DNA of 51,249 nt from Promethearchaeota archaeon Loki_b31 (GTDB lineage: Archaea > Asgardarchaeota > Lokiarchaeia > Sigyniarchaeales > SOKP01): NCBI GenBank assembly GCA_005222975.1, contig NJBI01000021.1, positions 1 through 51,249 on the forward strand, given 5' to 3'. The first letter of the stretch is position 1; each line of letters begins with the position of its first letter. Both the position numbers and the translations under genes were made by a program. Under the pieces are notes generated by a model, which saw only the letters and a list, made by a program, of their open reading frames with translations, had not been told where the DNA came from and searched no databases. This document shows positions 17,037-27,702 of the stretch, piece after piece.

Positions 17037-17948
17037 ATGGAAATAAATGGAGTAGAAATTGAAGATACTTTCTGTGAAGCGTTTGGAGCTGTTTTTACTA
17101 GAATTTTAGTAACTGCCATAAATGAAAAATGGGCGAAAATTGTTGCTCAAATCGCAACTGGTTATGGGACTTCAACAATCCACTGCGATTCAGAAGCCGG
17201 TATAGATGTATTTGTTTCTGCTGAAAAAACACCCGATAAACGACCTGGAGTTGTATTGATGTTTTTTAAGACTAAAAAAGATAAAATGGACGGTGTTTTA
17301 TTGAATAGGATGGGTCAATGTGTATTAACATGCCCAACAACTGCTTGTTTTGACGCATTAAATGGTTCTCTTGTTCCAGAGAAAGAATTTGAAATAAAAA
17401 CAGGATATAAGCTAAAATTTTTCGGTGATAAATTTGAAGAAAAAATAGAAGGAGTCTATCCTTTTGAAGCGTGGAAAATTCCCGTTATGGACGGTGAATT
17501 TATCGTTCAAAGCACATTTAAAGTTGGAAAAGGAATCGCGGGAGGAAATTTCTTAATTTATGGTGAAACTCAAGAGGCAGCCTTAGAAGCTGCAGAAAAA
17601 GCAATTGATGCAATAAAAGATTTAGAAAATATAATAGCTCCTTTTCCTGGTGGGATCGCACGGTCTGGTTCAAAAGTAGGATCACAATATAGTTTTTTAA
17701 ATGCTTCAACGAACGATCCTCTTTGTCCAACACTGCGAGGAAAAATTGAGAATTCTTTACTCGGAGAGAAAGATAATTACGTGTACGAAGTAATCCTTGA
17801 CGGTGCTAATGAAGAAGTTATAAAAGAAGCTTTGAAGTTAGGGATTAAAGCGGCTGTTCAAGTCCCGGGTGTTTCAAAAATCAGTGCAGGGAATTATGGC
17901 GGTAAGCTAGGAAAATTTCAATATAGATTATATGATATTTTAGCTTAA
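17037..17948 (+). CDS. ftr: Formylmethanofuran--H4MPT formyltransferase
   Basis: MEINGVEIEDTFCEAF, TPDKRPG, RMGQCVLTCPTT, AGGNF, PFPGGIARSGSKVGS, ISAGNYGGKLG. Confidence 0.96.
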   Translation: MEINGVEIEDTFCEAFGAVFTRILVTAINEKWAKIVAQIATGYGTSTIHCDSEAGIDVFVSAEKTPDKRPGVVLMFFKTKKDKMDGVLLNRMGQCVLTCPTTACFDALNGSLVPEKEFEIKTGYKLKFFGDKFEEKIEGVYPFEAWKIPVMDGEFIVQSTFKVGKGIAGGNFLIYGETQEAALEAAEKAIDAIKDLENIIAPFPGGIARSGSKVGSQYSFLNASTNDPLCPTLRGKIENSLLGEKDNYVYEVILDGANEEVIKEALKLGIKAAVQVPGVSKISAGNYGGKLGKFQYRLYDILA

Positions 17949-17995
17949 ACCACTAAAAAATTAGGAATAATGTTTTAAAAGTAAATTTAAAAAAA

Positions 17996-19729
17996 TTATT
18001 TTAATTTTCTTTTTATTTTTCTTTGAGGTTCTTTTGGTATTTCTTTGGTTTCTTGAGGTTCAACTTTAGCATCTTCTTCCTTTACAACTTCTTTTTTAGA
18101 AGGCTTAGTTTTAGGTTTCTTCGATATTTTTTTAGAAGTAGGCTTTTTTGGGGTAGTGTCTTTTGATTCGATATATTTACCCTTAAATTTTTTATATAAT
18201 AAACCAATACCAGCCAAAACACCAATTGCAGCACCAAGCGCAAACCCAATCCATGGAAGAATGGGTGTTAATAAATCAGGGATTACCCTAATCTCTTGTG
18301 GAGCTAAACCATAATCTGAATTTAGATAAGTAGTTGCGTTATCAATGTCTGTCACAGAAATATAAACATACCAAACGCCCGTTATTAATTCTTCCGTTCT
18401 GACTAAGATATTCATGTCGGGCTTATACGCTCTTGAAAGATTATACCAATTATTTTCTGCGTCTAAAAGAGAAACTGTGATATAAGCAATCGTGTTTTCC
18501 ACATCAGAAACATCAAAAGTAAAAATTAAATCTTTGCCATAATTTATTGAAACACTATGATTCATACTTAATCCGTTAACTGAATAGCTATGAATTTCAG
18601 GAGCATTATTTTCAACATATAAGGAATCCGTATAGGAATCCGTTCCATTATATTGGTCTTCTGCTTCGATAATAATTTGATATTTTCCTATTGGATTATT
18701 TATACCTATCGAAAATGTTGTTGTAAAAGTCCAATTATTATTGTTAGTTAATTCAATAGGTGACTCTAATTCACCAGTAGAACTTTGAATTGTCATAGAG
18801 ACGGTTATATTTTCTGGTAAAGTAAAAATATCAACATCGGTAACATTTAACGTAAGAGTACAATCTTCTGCTCTCTTTATCGTGCTTGGTGAAAAAATTA
18901 TTGTCGAAACTTCTATTTCCGGTAAAGAATTTAAAGCTTTAAAAGGAAAATACGCTGCTGCTTTATGGATACTCGAAGTATCTGACATATTGATTTTTAT
19001 GTAATAAATCTTATTAGTATGATTAAATCTGTCGTCAATTTCAAAAGAAAAGTGCCCTAGATTATTGCCAACATCAAAAATATTATTTTGAAGAGTTTCG
19101 TTGTCACTATCAACAATTGTTACATTCCAATCAAAGTCATATGGTGGAGGTTTATCATTTACAATTTTGTAAAAATTTGCGGTGAGCGTTTCATTCACAC
19201 TATATTCTGAGATGTTACCAACAAATTCCAACAAATAATTGGTTATGATTGTGAAGTTAGTAATTGGAACTGGCGAACTTAAGAGAACATTAGTTTCGTT
19301 GTAAATTAAGAAACTTACATTGTAAAATCCTGTTGGGGCGTCGTATCCGGGGTTGTACGTATAAGTAAAATTGTTTCCAGGAACTGCTTCCATGTTAAAT
19401 TCTTCTACTACATTATTTAAATAATAGATTTGCATAACGGTGTAGTTTGGGTAAATAAATTTAGAAGCGTTGATATCAAATTTTATAGATTCAAATAACC
19501 TATAAATTGTAGTATCGTTTAGAAATATTGATGTATACTCTAAAGGGGGGTTTCCGTTATCAGAATTTTTTAAATCAAAAATACTGTTAAAATCACTGCC
19601 GTCACTTATTTTTTCGTTATTAAAGTACTCGGTATTAAAATTTATTGAAATTACACAAAAGTTAAACAATATAGCAGTAAAAGTAAATAATACCAAAAAA
19701 ATACTAATAAAATGTTTTTGTCTAATCAT
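17996..19729 (-). CDS. Membrane-anchored cell-surface protein with Ig-like domains
   Basis: N-terminal hydrophobic signal/anchor, beta-rich repeats (NSLPEI, NNAPEI), many N-x-S/T sequons, C-terminal TM and Lys-rich tail. Confidence 0.75.
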   Translation of the reverse strand: MIRQKHFISIFLVLFTFTAILFNFCVISINFNTEYFNNEKISDGSDFNSIFDLKNSDNGNPPLEYTSIFLNDTTIYRLFESIKFDINASKFIYPNYTVMQIYYLNNVVEEFNMEAVPGNNFTYTYNPGYDAPTGFYNVSFLIYNETNVLLSSPVPITNFTIITNYLLEFVGNISEYSVNETLTANFYKIVNDKPPPYDFDWNVTIVDSDNETLQNNIFDVGNNLGHFSFEIDDRFNHTNKIYYIKINMSDTSSIHKAAAYFPFKALNSLPEIEVSTIIFSPSTIKRAEDCTLTLNVTDVDIFTLPENITVSMTIQSSTGELESPIELTNNNNWTFTTTFSIGINNPIGKYQIIIEAEDQYNGTDSYTDSLYVENNAPEIHSYSVNGLSMNHSVSINYGKDLIFTFDVSDVENTIAYITVSLLDAENNWYNLSRAYKPDMNILVRTEELITGVWYVYISVTDIDNATTYLNSDYGLAPQEIRVIPDLLTPILPWIGFALGAAIGVLAGIGLLYKKFKGKYIESKDTTPKKPTSKKISKKPKTKPSKKEVVKEEDAKVEPQETKEIPKEPQRKIKRKLK

Positions 19730-19736
19730 TTTTCAA

Positions 19737-22502
19737 TCATCTTCTTAATAATCTGTGTTTAATCTCTTTATTTTTATATAGTAAAATAATGCCTATTGGA
19801 ATTAATATTGGAAGAATATAAAAGAAAACTAAATTGGAAGGTGATAATTCTAATCTTACTTCGAAGTAATATTGCACAACAGTTTCACCAGAGCTGTCTT
19901 TCAATTCAAATGTAAAAGAAACAATTCCAAAATCATAAGGATTTATACTAGGAATTACTTCAGCAACAATCCTATTAATCCCCGGTCCCAATCCATCAAT
20001 ATTGGTTTCTACAGGAGCTCCATTCATATATAGCGTAAAGGATTCAGATTGTTCTTGATTGTTTTGAATAATCATAATAAACTGAGCAGCAACGCCTTGG
20101 GAGATAATTTCAGGAAAAAATACGCTTAGTATTTCAAATTTTTGAATAATTTCAACATAAAATTGCTTAGTGTAGAAGACTGTAGAACCCTTCGAAATTT
20201 CCATTGTTACGTTAACGAGATGTGTTTCAGTATCAGCAAGATACAAATTATAATAGACGCTTTTGATTTCGTTTTTAAATAAAAGTGTTTCTTCTTTAAG
20301 AATTAAGGAATCATCTTCAAAGAAACTCACATTAAATGTTTGAGTGTTATTGGGTAGGAAATTAATTAAATTCATTGACACAAACGCACTTTCTCCACTT
20401 ACAATATAACTTTCATAAATTAAATTAGTATAGTCAAATGAATGCCCAATATCAATAATTATAGGAATTTCTAAATACGTAATGTTTCCGTTTTTGAAAT
20501 TAATGCTAATTGTATGGGGTCCTATAGTAGCTCCCAGGGTAGTAGTAAGGTTAAATGAAACATTAGTTAAAACTAGAGTATTAAAAGTAATATTTTGAAT
20601 TTCATTAATTATATTATCCCCTTCCAGGTAGACTGTTAAACTAACGTTGTTATTGCGGGTGTTATTGACGGGAATTGTAATATTTAAAACAGGACCTTGA
20701 TATAATATATCTGGCAAACCTTGGATCGAGTGATTTATCAATCCAGAAATTACACTAAACTGTTTTAGAATGTGTGCTGTGCCAAAATTCGAACAATTAG
20801 CAAATAATTGGAGATAATACCCGTGTCCTATTTCCAATGTATCGGTTATATTATATAACAAAGTTGTAGAATTTTCAGTAATTTGCTGTGTCGTTGTGTT
20901 CAAGATTACCTTTTCTGGATTTTTGAAGATATAACTAATAGTTGCATCGTCAATATTATATTCAATTGTAAATTGCTCATAATCTTCTGTTGTAACATTG
21001 TAATATTGATTAGATTTTATGAAAGAATAAATACTGGTAATGTTTAGAGTGTCTTGATTAAATATATAATCAGGAATTTCATTAGTTACGTTGTAAAACG
21101 AGTTTAGCGTTGTACTGTTATATATATCGTATGCGTTTAAATAAGCCTCACACAGTTTAAGGTTAGCATAGAAATTCTTGTCGTTATCTACTATTGATGA
21201 TTTATAAGAATTAACTGCTCCATCGTAAAAAGAACTTTCAAAAGTGTTATATAATTGCCAAGCTCTATCGTAATAAATAATATTACCAGTATACTCGAAT
21301 AATTTTAAGCATGCCGACATCATAACAGCATTTGGTTCTAATTCTATGGCGGTATCTTGTCCTGAAGTTCCCCAGTCAAAACCTCGATTTTTTTCATATG
21401 CCATGGACCCTGGATTCCATAATACTTCTAATTTTTCAAACAAGTAAGTCGCATTTTGTAAATAGAGGGAATCATTTTGCATTCCAGATTCAATCCAATA
21501 TTCTAATAGAGTTATAATTCCTAAAGCGTTAGTTTGTAAATGTTTATAAGTACTACCTGGTCCTGCATAAGACCAATCATCTTCACAATAATAAGAAAAA
21601 CCTCCTCCATTTGGAGCGTCCCATAACCCATCTATAAGTTTATTTATTGTAATATTTGCCAATTCAAGAGCTCTTTCCTGTATAACACTATTCGGATCAA
21701 TAACTTCGTAAATTCGTTGAATTTGAAGCATAGCTAATACCGCATACATATTACTTTCTGCGTATTTGTATGTTGTTGAGTTATGATCGTAAAACCCTTC
21801 ATATGTATCATCCCAAAATTGAGTTGAATCTAATAAATTAAAAATTTCTTCAATTGAATCCTTAGGGGAAATGCTAGTAATGTTAAAATTGTCGATGTCT
21901 TTGCCAATATTTTCAATTAATAGAAAGATCGGCATAAGATTGTCAGTTAAATATCTATTATCGTCAAACACTTGGCCCGTAGTGTTATCAACTGCCCTTA
22001 CGAAACCATAAACATCCTCTTCAGTACTGCTTTGATACCATAAAGGTGCCTCTTTTAATTTCAAATACGTATCAAATGTTTCAAATGCATTCGTATCATC
22101 TTTCAAAAGGGTTTTATACAAAAGTAAATTGTCAATAGGATATACTTTATCATCGGTTATAACTCCTAAATCATCACCTTCTCGAAAATATGTTTTTATA
22201 TCTAGGGCTAAATCTGATTCATATTTAGCTTTGAAAAAGTTCCAAATATCATCAAAATTAACTTTGAATGGGTCTTGAAAAATTTCTGGACCTGCTGCAA
22301 GATTTATTTCATCAACGTTAAATTCAACATTATCTTGAGAAAAAAACTCATTATGAGGATTAATCTTTTGAAAGTAGTTATCATTAAAGTATAATACATT
22401 AAATACGAACATAAATATGAAGAAAGTACATAAAATTAATTTAGTCTTTCTAAGTCCTTTATTTCCTTTCATTTTTAGAGCAACAACGTTGATAAAATTC
22501 AT
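19737..22502 (-). CDS. Cell-surface protein: (alpha/alpha)6 glycosidase/epimerase-like domain + Ig-like domains + C-terminal TM
   Basis: Signal sequence; repeats FWDDTYEGFY, LWDAPNGGGF, LFEYTGNIIYYDRA typical of six-hairpin barrels; C-terminal ILPILIPIGIILL. Confidence 0.7.
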   Translation of the reverse strand: MNFINVVALKMKGNKGLRKTKLILCTFFIFMFVFNVLYFNDNYFQKINPHNEFFSQDNVEFNVDEINLAAGPEIFQDPFKVNFDDIWNFFKAKYESDLALDIKTYFREGDDLGVITDDKVYPIDNLLLYKTLLKDDTNAFETFDTYLKLKEAPLWYQSSTEEDVYGFVRAVDNTTGQVFDDNRYLTDNLMPIFLLIENIGKDIDNFNITSISPKDSIEEIFNLLDSTQFWDDTYEGFYDHNSTTYKYAESNMYAVLAMLQIQRIYEVIDPNSVIQERALELANITINKLIDGLWDAPNGGGFSYYCEDDWSYAGPGSTYKHLQTNALGIITLLEYWIESGMQNDSLYLQNATYLFEKLEVLWNPGSMAYEKNRGFDWGTSGQDTAIELEPNAVMMSACLKLFEYTGNIIYYDRAWQLYNTFESSFYDGAVNSYKSSIVDNDKNFYANLKLCEAYLNAYDIYNSTTLNSFYNVTNEIPDYIFNQDTLNITSIYSFIKSNQYYNVTTEDYEQFTIEYNIDDATISYIFKNPEKVILNTTTQQITENSTTLLYNITDTLEIGHGYYLQLFANCSNFGTAHILKQFSVISGLINHSIQGLPDILYQGPVLNITIPVNNTRNNNVSLTVYLEGDNIINEIQNITFNTLVLTNVSFNLTTTLGATIGPHTISINFKNGNITYLEIPIIIDIGHSFDYTNLIYESYIVSGESAFVSMNLINFLPNNTQTFNVSFFEDDSLILKEETLLFKNEIKSVYYNLYLADTETHLVNVTMEISKGSTVFYTKQFYVEIIQKFEILSVFFPEIISQGVAAQFIMIIQNNQEQSESFTLYMNGAPVETNIDGLGPGINRIVAEVIPSINPYDFGIVSFTFELKDSSGETVVQYYFEVRLELSPSNLVFFYILPILIPIGIILLYKNKEIKHRLLRR

Positions 22503-22617
22503 AATAAATCTTTAAAATTATTTTTTAATAGTATAGTTTTAAAAAAAATGTTCTTCTCTTTAATATTTTTTTCTGAAAACCTCTGTTATTTAAGGATATT
22601 TCAACATTATTTTTTTC

Positions 22618-24102
22618 TTAATTTTTATTGATTATTTTCAGAATTTCTGAAATTGATACTCTCTTTTGATCCATAGTGTCCCTATTTCTAAGGGTAGCCG
22701 AATTATCATCTAAAGAATCGTAATCTATAGTTATGCAATAAGGCGTTCCTAACTCGTCTTGTCTTCTATATCTCTTTCCAATTGATCCTGCTGAATCAAA
22801 AAATGAAGTCTTTCGATTGTTAAGTATTTGTTTATGTACTTTTTTCGCCAATTTTACAATATTTTCTTTATTTCTTACTAACGGAAATACTGCAACGAGG
22901 TTAGGGGCAAGTTGAGGATTTAACTTCAAAATTATTCTCTCATCCTCAACAGTAAAGGTAGTTTCAAGGAGAGTGTATATAATTCTATCGGGACCAAAAG
23001 CAATTTCAAGAATTTGGGGGATTTCTTTTAAATTCGTATCCGTACTCATTGGAATTTCAAAATTTTGATTTGAAAAGCTTCCATGCCTTTTTAAATCGTA
23101 GTCTGTTCTATCGTGAATTCCACAGATTTCTACCCACCCATATTGTTTAGTGTTAATTTCTAAATCCCACGCATCGTCTGCATAGTGAGCCATTTCAGTG
23201 GGAGAATGTTGCCTAAATCTGATAGTTTCCTCCGGAAATCCCAATTTCGAGATGAGGTAATCTGCTAAAAATAGGCAATAGGCAAAAGCAGGTTTTTTAA
23301 GAACACCTGTGTTTATTGCTTCTTCTAGTGATATGCTACTTGGTATAACTATTTTACTTTCTTGCGATTTCCAGTCCAGTAATGGTAATTTAGTGTTCTT
23401 TATCTCTTCAAATTCTTCAAAATTCATTTCTTGCTCTTTCCCAATAAATAACTGGATTTCGAATTGTTCGAAAGCTCTCATACGAAGAACTTGTTGTCTA
23501 GGAGATATTTCATTTCTATAAGCCTTTCCGTATTGGAAAACTTTTAGAGGGTATTGCCTTCGTGCGTCCTGGTTCAAGCGATTAAACAATAGGTATGTTG
23601 TTGTTGCGGTTTCTGGTCGTAAATAAGCCGTAACATTGTTACCGACCGATGTTTTTAACATTAAATTGTATTCTTCAATTTTTTCAAACGGAGTATCACA
23701 TTTTAGACAAGTAAATCCATGTTGTTCTATTAATTTGTCCATGTCTTCAAAGGATAAGCCATCAATCGTTTGATCCGGAAGCTGTTCTTGGAGAAATTTA
23801 TTGGCTCTTATCATCGTATTACACTTTTTACAACGGATTACGGGATCAATAAAACGTTCTAAATGTCCTGATGCCTCCCATACGATTTTAGGTAAAATTT
23901 CAGGACATTCGACTTCACTAAAACCAAAAGCTCGGAGTTCGCGCCTAAAAATTGAAATTACATTATTTTTTAAAGCTTTTCCAGCCGGGCCGTACGAATA
24001 AAATCCCGCTAAGCCGCCATATATCTCTGGAAAGGGCCCCCAAATAAATCCGCGTCGTCGAAGTAATGAATTAAATGTATCAATATTGTCCTCGATCTTC
24101 AT
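22618..24102 (-). CDS. glyS: Glycine--tRNA ligase (alpha2, archaeal/eukaryotic type)
   Basis: RRRGF, EIYGG, WEASGH, YLRPETA, GKAYRNEISPR, AHYA, GSIGKRYRRQDELGTPYCITID. Confidence 0.95.
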   Translation of the reverse strand: MKIEDNIDTFNSLLRRRGFIWGPFPEIYGGLAGFYSYGPAGKALKNNVISIFRRELRAFGFSEVECPEILPKIVWEASGHLERFIDPVIRCKKCNTMIRANKFLQEQLPDQTIDGLSFEDMDKLIEQHGFTCLKCDTPFEKIEEYNLMLKTSVGNNVTAYLRPETATTTYLLFNRLNQDARRQYPLKVFQYGKAYRNEISPRQQVLRMRAFEQFEIQLFIGKEQEMNFEEFEEIKNTKLPLLDWKSQESKIVIPSSISLEEAINTGVLKKPAFAYCLFLADYLISKLGFPEETIRFRQHSPTEMAHYADDAWDLEINTKQYGWVEICGIHDRTDYDLKRHGSFSNQNFEIPMSTDTNLKEIPQILEIAFGPDRIIYTLLETTFTVEDERIILKLNPQLAPNLVAVFPLVRNKENIVKLAKKVHKQILNNRKTSFFDSAGSIGKRYRRQDELGTPYCITIDYDSLDDNSATLRNRDTMDQKRVSISEILKIINKN

Positions 24103-24301
24103 TTTTAATCAAAACTTTACAATAATAGTTTTTAGAATTATCGATAATATTTGTATTTTAAGATTATTCCTTAGTTTGGATGTAGCAATCAGTTTTGTGA
24201 TTCTAGTTTTATAATATAAATTTTTATATAACTTATCATATTATAATTTTAAGTTATTAAATCAAATTAATTTGTAGAATAAAATTGGTGTTTGATTAAA
24301 T

Positions 24302-25156
24302 ATGATTTTTCAAGGGAACTTCCAGTACTTCGATATTTGGGACGCAGTAGAGTCGGGCCTTTACTATGCAATAGTAGGTTTTTATTTTCTCATATTTGCA
24401 TATTTCCTTTTGATGAGATTTAGAACCTCTAAAAAATTTTATTGGTTATATTTTTCACTATTATTCTTGTGTCTAGCGGCAGGGAGAGTTTTTTTTATTG
24501 TTTATTATTTCTACATTCCAGAACTCTTAGGAACGATGACTAATTTAGAGTTAGTTGGATTACTTATGATTCTATATCGATTAGCTACATTTTCTACTTG
24601 GTTGGGTATAGCTTGTTTGATGGGCGTTTTTGGTACTCTGATTTTTCCTTCATATACTGAAGAAGTAAAGCCATCAGAAAAGGAGGATGTAAAATCCAAA
24701 GTTAAAACTCTTTTAAGAAAGAAGCGCGTTAAGATATCACTTAAGATCTTATTGGTCCTCTTCCCAATTGGAATTGGAATTCTCGCGCTTATTTTACCTG
24801 ACTCGCTTTTTATGGATCCCGATTTTAATGAAGCCCCTTATTGCGCAGGAATTGAATTAATAACTATATTTGGGTACCCCGCGGGCAGATTTGTACTTAA
24901 CTTTATTCTTTTACCTTTGATGGTATTAGTTATTCCGATCTTATTTGTGTATTTAGCTTTAAAAACATTTGGGGTCCTAAGAAGATCTTATGCTTTAAAC
25001 GCAATAGGGTTTTTCATCTATTTTTTTGGAAGAATAACTCAAGGTTTAATGGAAACATTGGGGTTTTATCATGTAAGAGCTATTTTGTCTCCTTTATTGA
25101 TCTTACTATCATTGTTAATAATTGTAATTGCCAACCATTACGAACAACTAAAATAA
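24302..25156 (+). CDS. Multi-pass (about 7 TM) membrane protein
   Basis: About seven hydrophobic segments, intact ORF. Confidence 0.75.
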   Translation: MIFQGNFQYFDIWDAVESGLYYAIVGFYFLIFAYFLLMRFRTSKKFYWLYFSLLFLCLAAGRVFFIVYYFYIPELLGTMTNLELVGLLMILYRLATFSTWLGIACLMGVFGTLIFPSYTEEVKPSEKEDVKSKVKTLLRKKRVKISLKILLVLFPIGIGILALILPDSLFMDPDFNEAPYCAGIELITIFGYPAGRFVLNFILLPLMVLVIPILFVYLALKTFGVLRRSYALNAIGFFIYFFGRITQGLMETLGFYHVRAILSPLLILLSLLIIVIANHYEQLK

Positions 25157-25296
25157 ATCTCTAAATTTTCTTTTACAATTCTTTTTAAAGAAAAATTTGA
25201 AAATCAAGACAAAAAAAATAGAATTTTTAGTAATGATTAATTAGATATTTTTAATCAGTAATAAGTAACCAAATTATAATTGGAAGAACTCATTTT

Positions 25297-26934
25297 ATGT
25301 CAATTCATGGCAATCAGCAAATCTTACCCTTATTTACTACTCGTCAAAGCTTACTACCAATTAAAGAATATGACGAATTAGCATTAGCATTTTATCTGTT
25401 AACAAAAAATTATAAACATAATGAGAGGGTTATATCATTTTCTAGATTATTATGGCCATTTCTTTGTGTTCAAGGTGCTATTGGCACACATATAATATTA
25501 GATGGCCTAGAGGTTTTTTCAAAAAAAGGAAAGATTTCTAATCCTCCAAGACAGCCTGTAATAGGGCACCTTTTGAGAAATGTTGAGAATCTTACGAAAT
25601 CTGAGCAATTAAACAAAATTATCGAAGTTTTATCTTATATTGATAAAGAAGCAGAAGAAATTGGCCTAGGTGAAGAATCAAAATATCAGAAGTTAAAAAT
25701 TAACTCATTAATTAATCCAGAATTCCTTCAAACTTTAGCAAAGTTATTACCCTTAGTAGAATTCAAGCCTGTTTCGGAATATATGCCTTTAGAGACGGTT
25801 TTTACGACTGAACAGGCTTTAGATGTTGCGGAAAAATATCGAAAAACAATTGATTATATGAAAGGAAATGCTTTAAGATGGAACACCCAGACTGAATTAA
25901 TTGGAAAAGAAGTAGACGAATGGTTTATTGATTTAAACGTTCAATTAAAAGATATAAATACCCGATACTCCTCTCAAATAAATAAGACATCCCAAATAAT
26001 TGACTCTAATCAGATGAAAGATCAAATTGCGTTAGAAAGCGATAAAAGCGATCAATGGAAGGTTAATGAAAAAAGGAGAGTAATTGAAAACATATCAGTA
26101 TTATTTAAAACAGTTGAAAGGCAAATAGAAGATATTATTAAAAAGAACAAATTCTATACTCAAAGTGAGATATTAAAGAGTAGAGTTTTTAATGATCTTA
26201 CTGAGCCTTTTGAGAATCACTTCAAGTATTTGATAAATGAAGGCAATAATTTTGTTAGTATGGTAACTTCACTAACTCAAAAATATATGGAATTAAAAGA
26301 ACGAGCGTTCCAAATTGATGAAGAAGCAAAGAAAAAATTGGAGGAGTTTGGTTCGTCATTAAATAGTAAGTTAAAAGATAGAGATAGAGATTTATCTACA
26401 TTTGAAAAAGAAAAGCAAGAAAAAATTTCGGAAATTGAGTCTATACGAATAAGGTTAGAAGAGTTGTATTCACAAATAAAAAAGATTATACATTTTAGTA
26501 ATGGAAATTGTCTACAAGAAGCAAAGGACTTATTATCTTGGTCATTAAGCGACAATCAATCAGAATTATTTTCTCGACCAATTCAGTGGATTTACATGCC
26601 ACTATATGTTATGTTTATTGAAAAGAAAGATACGATGGAAGAAAAAATGGAACTAATTCTCCCAGGTATCGTTACAAATGACCCAAATAATATTTATCAA
26701 GAAATTTCTGATACAATGGTTAATTTTAAAAAAACATTTAAAGAAAGAATTGAAGAAGACATGGCTTTAAGATCTAATTTTGAATTTTCGAGCGAAAATA
26801 AAAATCTTATTGATGATAAAAGTTTAGCCAAAAAAATTCAGCAAGGAATCTCGATTTTAAGAAGTTATGCTATAATAAATGATGAAATCGAAAAAACCAT
26901 AAGAAGTAATTTAAATTTAATATTAAAACCCTAA
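25297..26934 (+). CDS. Hypothetical protein with long central coiled coil
   Basis: E/K/Q-rich heptads in the centre, globular N- and C-termini. Confidence 0.75.
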   Translation: MSIHGNQQILPLFTTRQSLLPIKEYDELALAFYLLTKNYKHNERVISFSRLLWPFLCVQGAIGTHIILDGLEVFSKKGKISNPPRQPVIGHLLRNVENLTKSEQLNKIIEVLSYIDKEAEEIGLGEESKYQKLKINSLINPEFLQTLAKLLPLVEFKPVSEYMPLETVFTTEQALDVAEKYRKTIDYMKGNALRWNTQTELIGKEVDEWFIDLNVQLKDINTRYSSQINKTSQIIDSNQMKDQIALESDKSDQWKVNEKRRVIENISVLFKTVERQIEDIIKKNKFYTQSEILKSRVFNDLTEPFENHFKYLINEGNNFVSMVTSLTQKYMELKERAFQIDEEAKKKLEEFGSSLNSKLKDRDRDLSTFEKEKQEKISEIESIRIRLEELYSQIKKIIHFSNGNCLQEAKDLLSWSLSDNQSELFSRPIQWIYMPLYVMFIEKKDTMEEKMELILPGIVTNDPNNIYQEISDTMVNFKKTFKERIEEDMALRSNFEFSSENKNLIDDKSLAKKIQQGISILRSYAIINDEIEKTIRSNLNLILKP

Positions 26935-26951
26935 ATCTCTTTTAGAATAAG

Positions 26952-27617
26952 ATGAGTCGGAAAGGCAAAGGTTTGAAGAGGAAACTAGATTTTAAAAAGA
27001 AAGCCTTAAGAACTTATTTTTTACACATTGAAGAAAGTGATAAAAAGGGTGAAATTAGCAAGATCCAAAAAGAGATTCTCGATCAGGGAATGGTTTATCT
27101 CCAAATGAGATTACCTATCAACAAAATTACTAAGGAATATGAGAATTCCTTAAAAGAAAAGATTGAACATAAGATTTTTCACGCTAAAATCCGTGAAGCA
27201 ACAGAAAAGGACCTTGCAACCGTGAAAGATATCTATAATAGAGCTTGGTTAACATCTAATACTCCTTTTAGACCTATCGAAAAAGACACTCTAAAAAAAA
27301 TATTTAATGACCCAAGTACAGTTTTTCTTATAGCAAAGATTTACAATATTGATGGAGGATTTATTATTTTAGACTTTGAAGGTGAAAATAAAGAATTTGG
27401 AGTTATAGCGGGGCTTGGAGTTCTACCTCGCTTTCAAGGTAAGGGATTAGGTACGATATTAGGTATGGCAGCATGGAACTTTTTTAAAGAGAAGGGTTTG
27501 AAGGAATTAAGGTGTGAAGTTTATAAGGATAATCAAATATCTTATAATTTTATTAAAGGATTAAATTTCGAAGAATTTGGAAAAAAAGTATATCGCAAAG
27601 AAGATTTTGAGTTATAA
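26952..27617 (+). CDS. GNAT-family N-acetyltransferase
   Basis: IREATEKDL, LGVLPRFQGKGLG, N..SYNFIKGLNFEE. Confidence 0.9.
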   Translation: MSRKGKGLKRKLDFKKKALRTYFLHIEESDKKGEISKIQKEILDQGMVYLQMRLPINKITKEYENSLKEKIEHKIFHAKIREATEKDLATVKDIYNRAWLTSNTPFRPIEKDTLKKIFNDPSTVFLIAKIYNIDGGFIILDFEGENKEFGVIAGLGVLPRFQGKGLGTILGMAAWNFFKEKGLKELRCEVYKDNQISYNFIKGLNFEEFGKKVYRKEDFEL

Positions 27618-27702
27618 AATTATTACCCTATAAAACCTTTTTATTTTTTGATCATTTAATAATACTCAGTTGATTAATTCAATTAATAAAATCTAGCATA
27701 TC

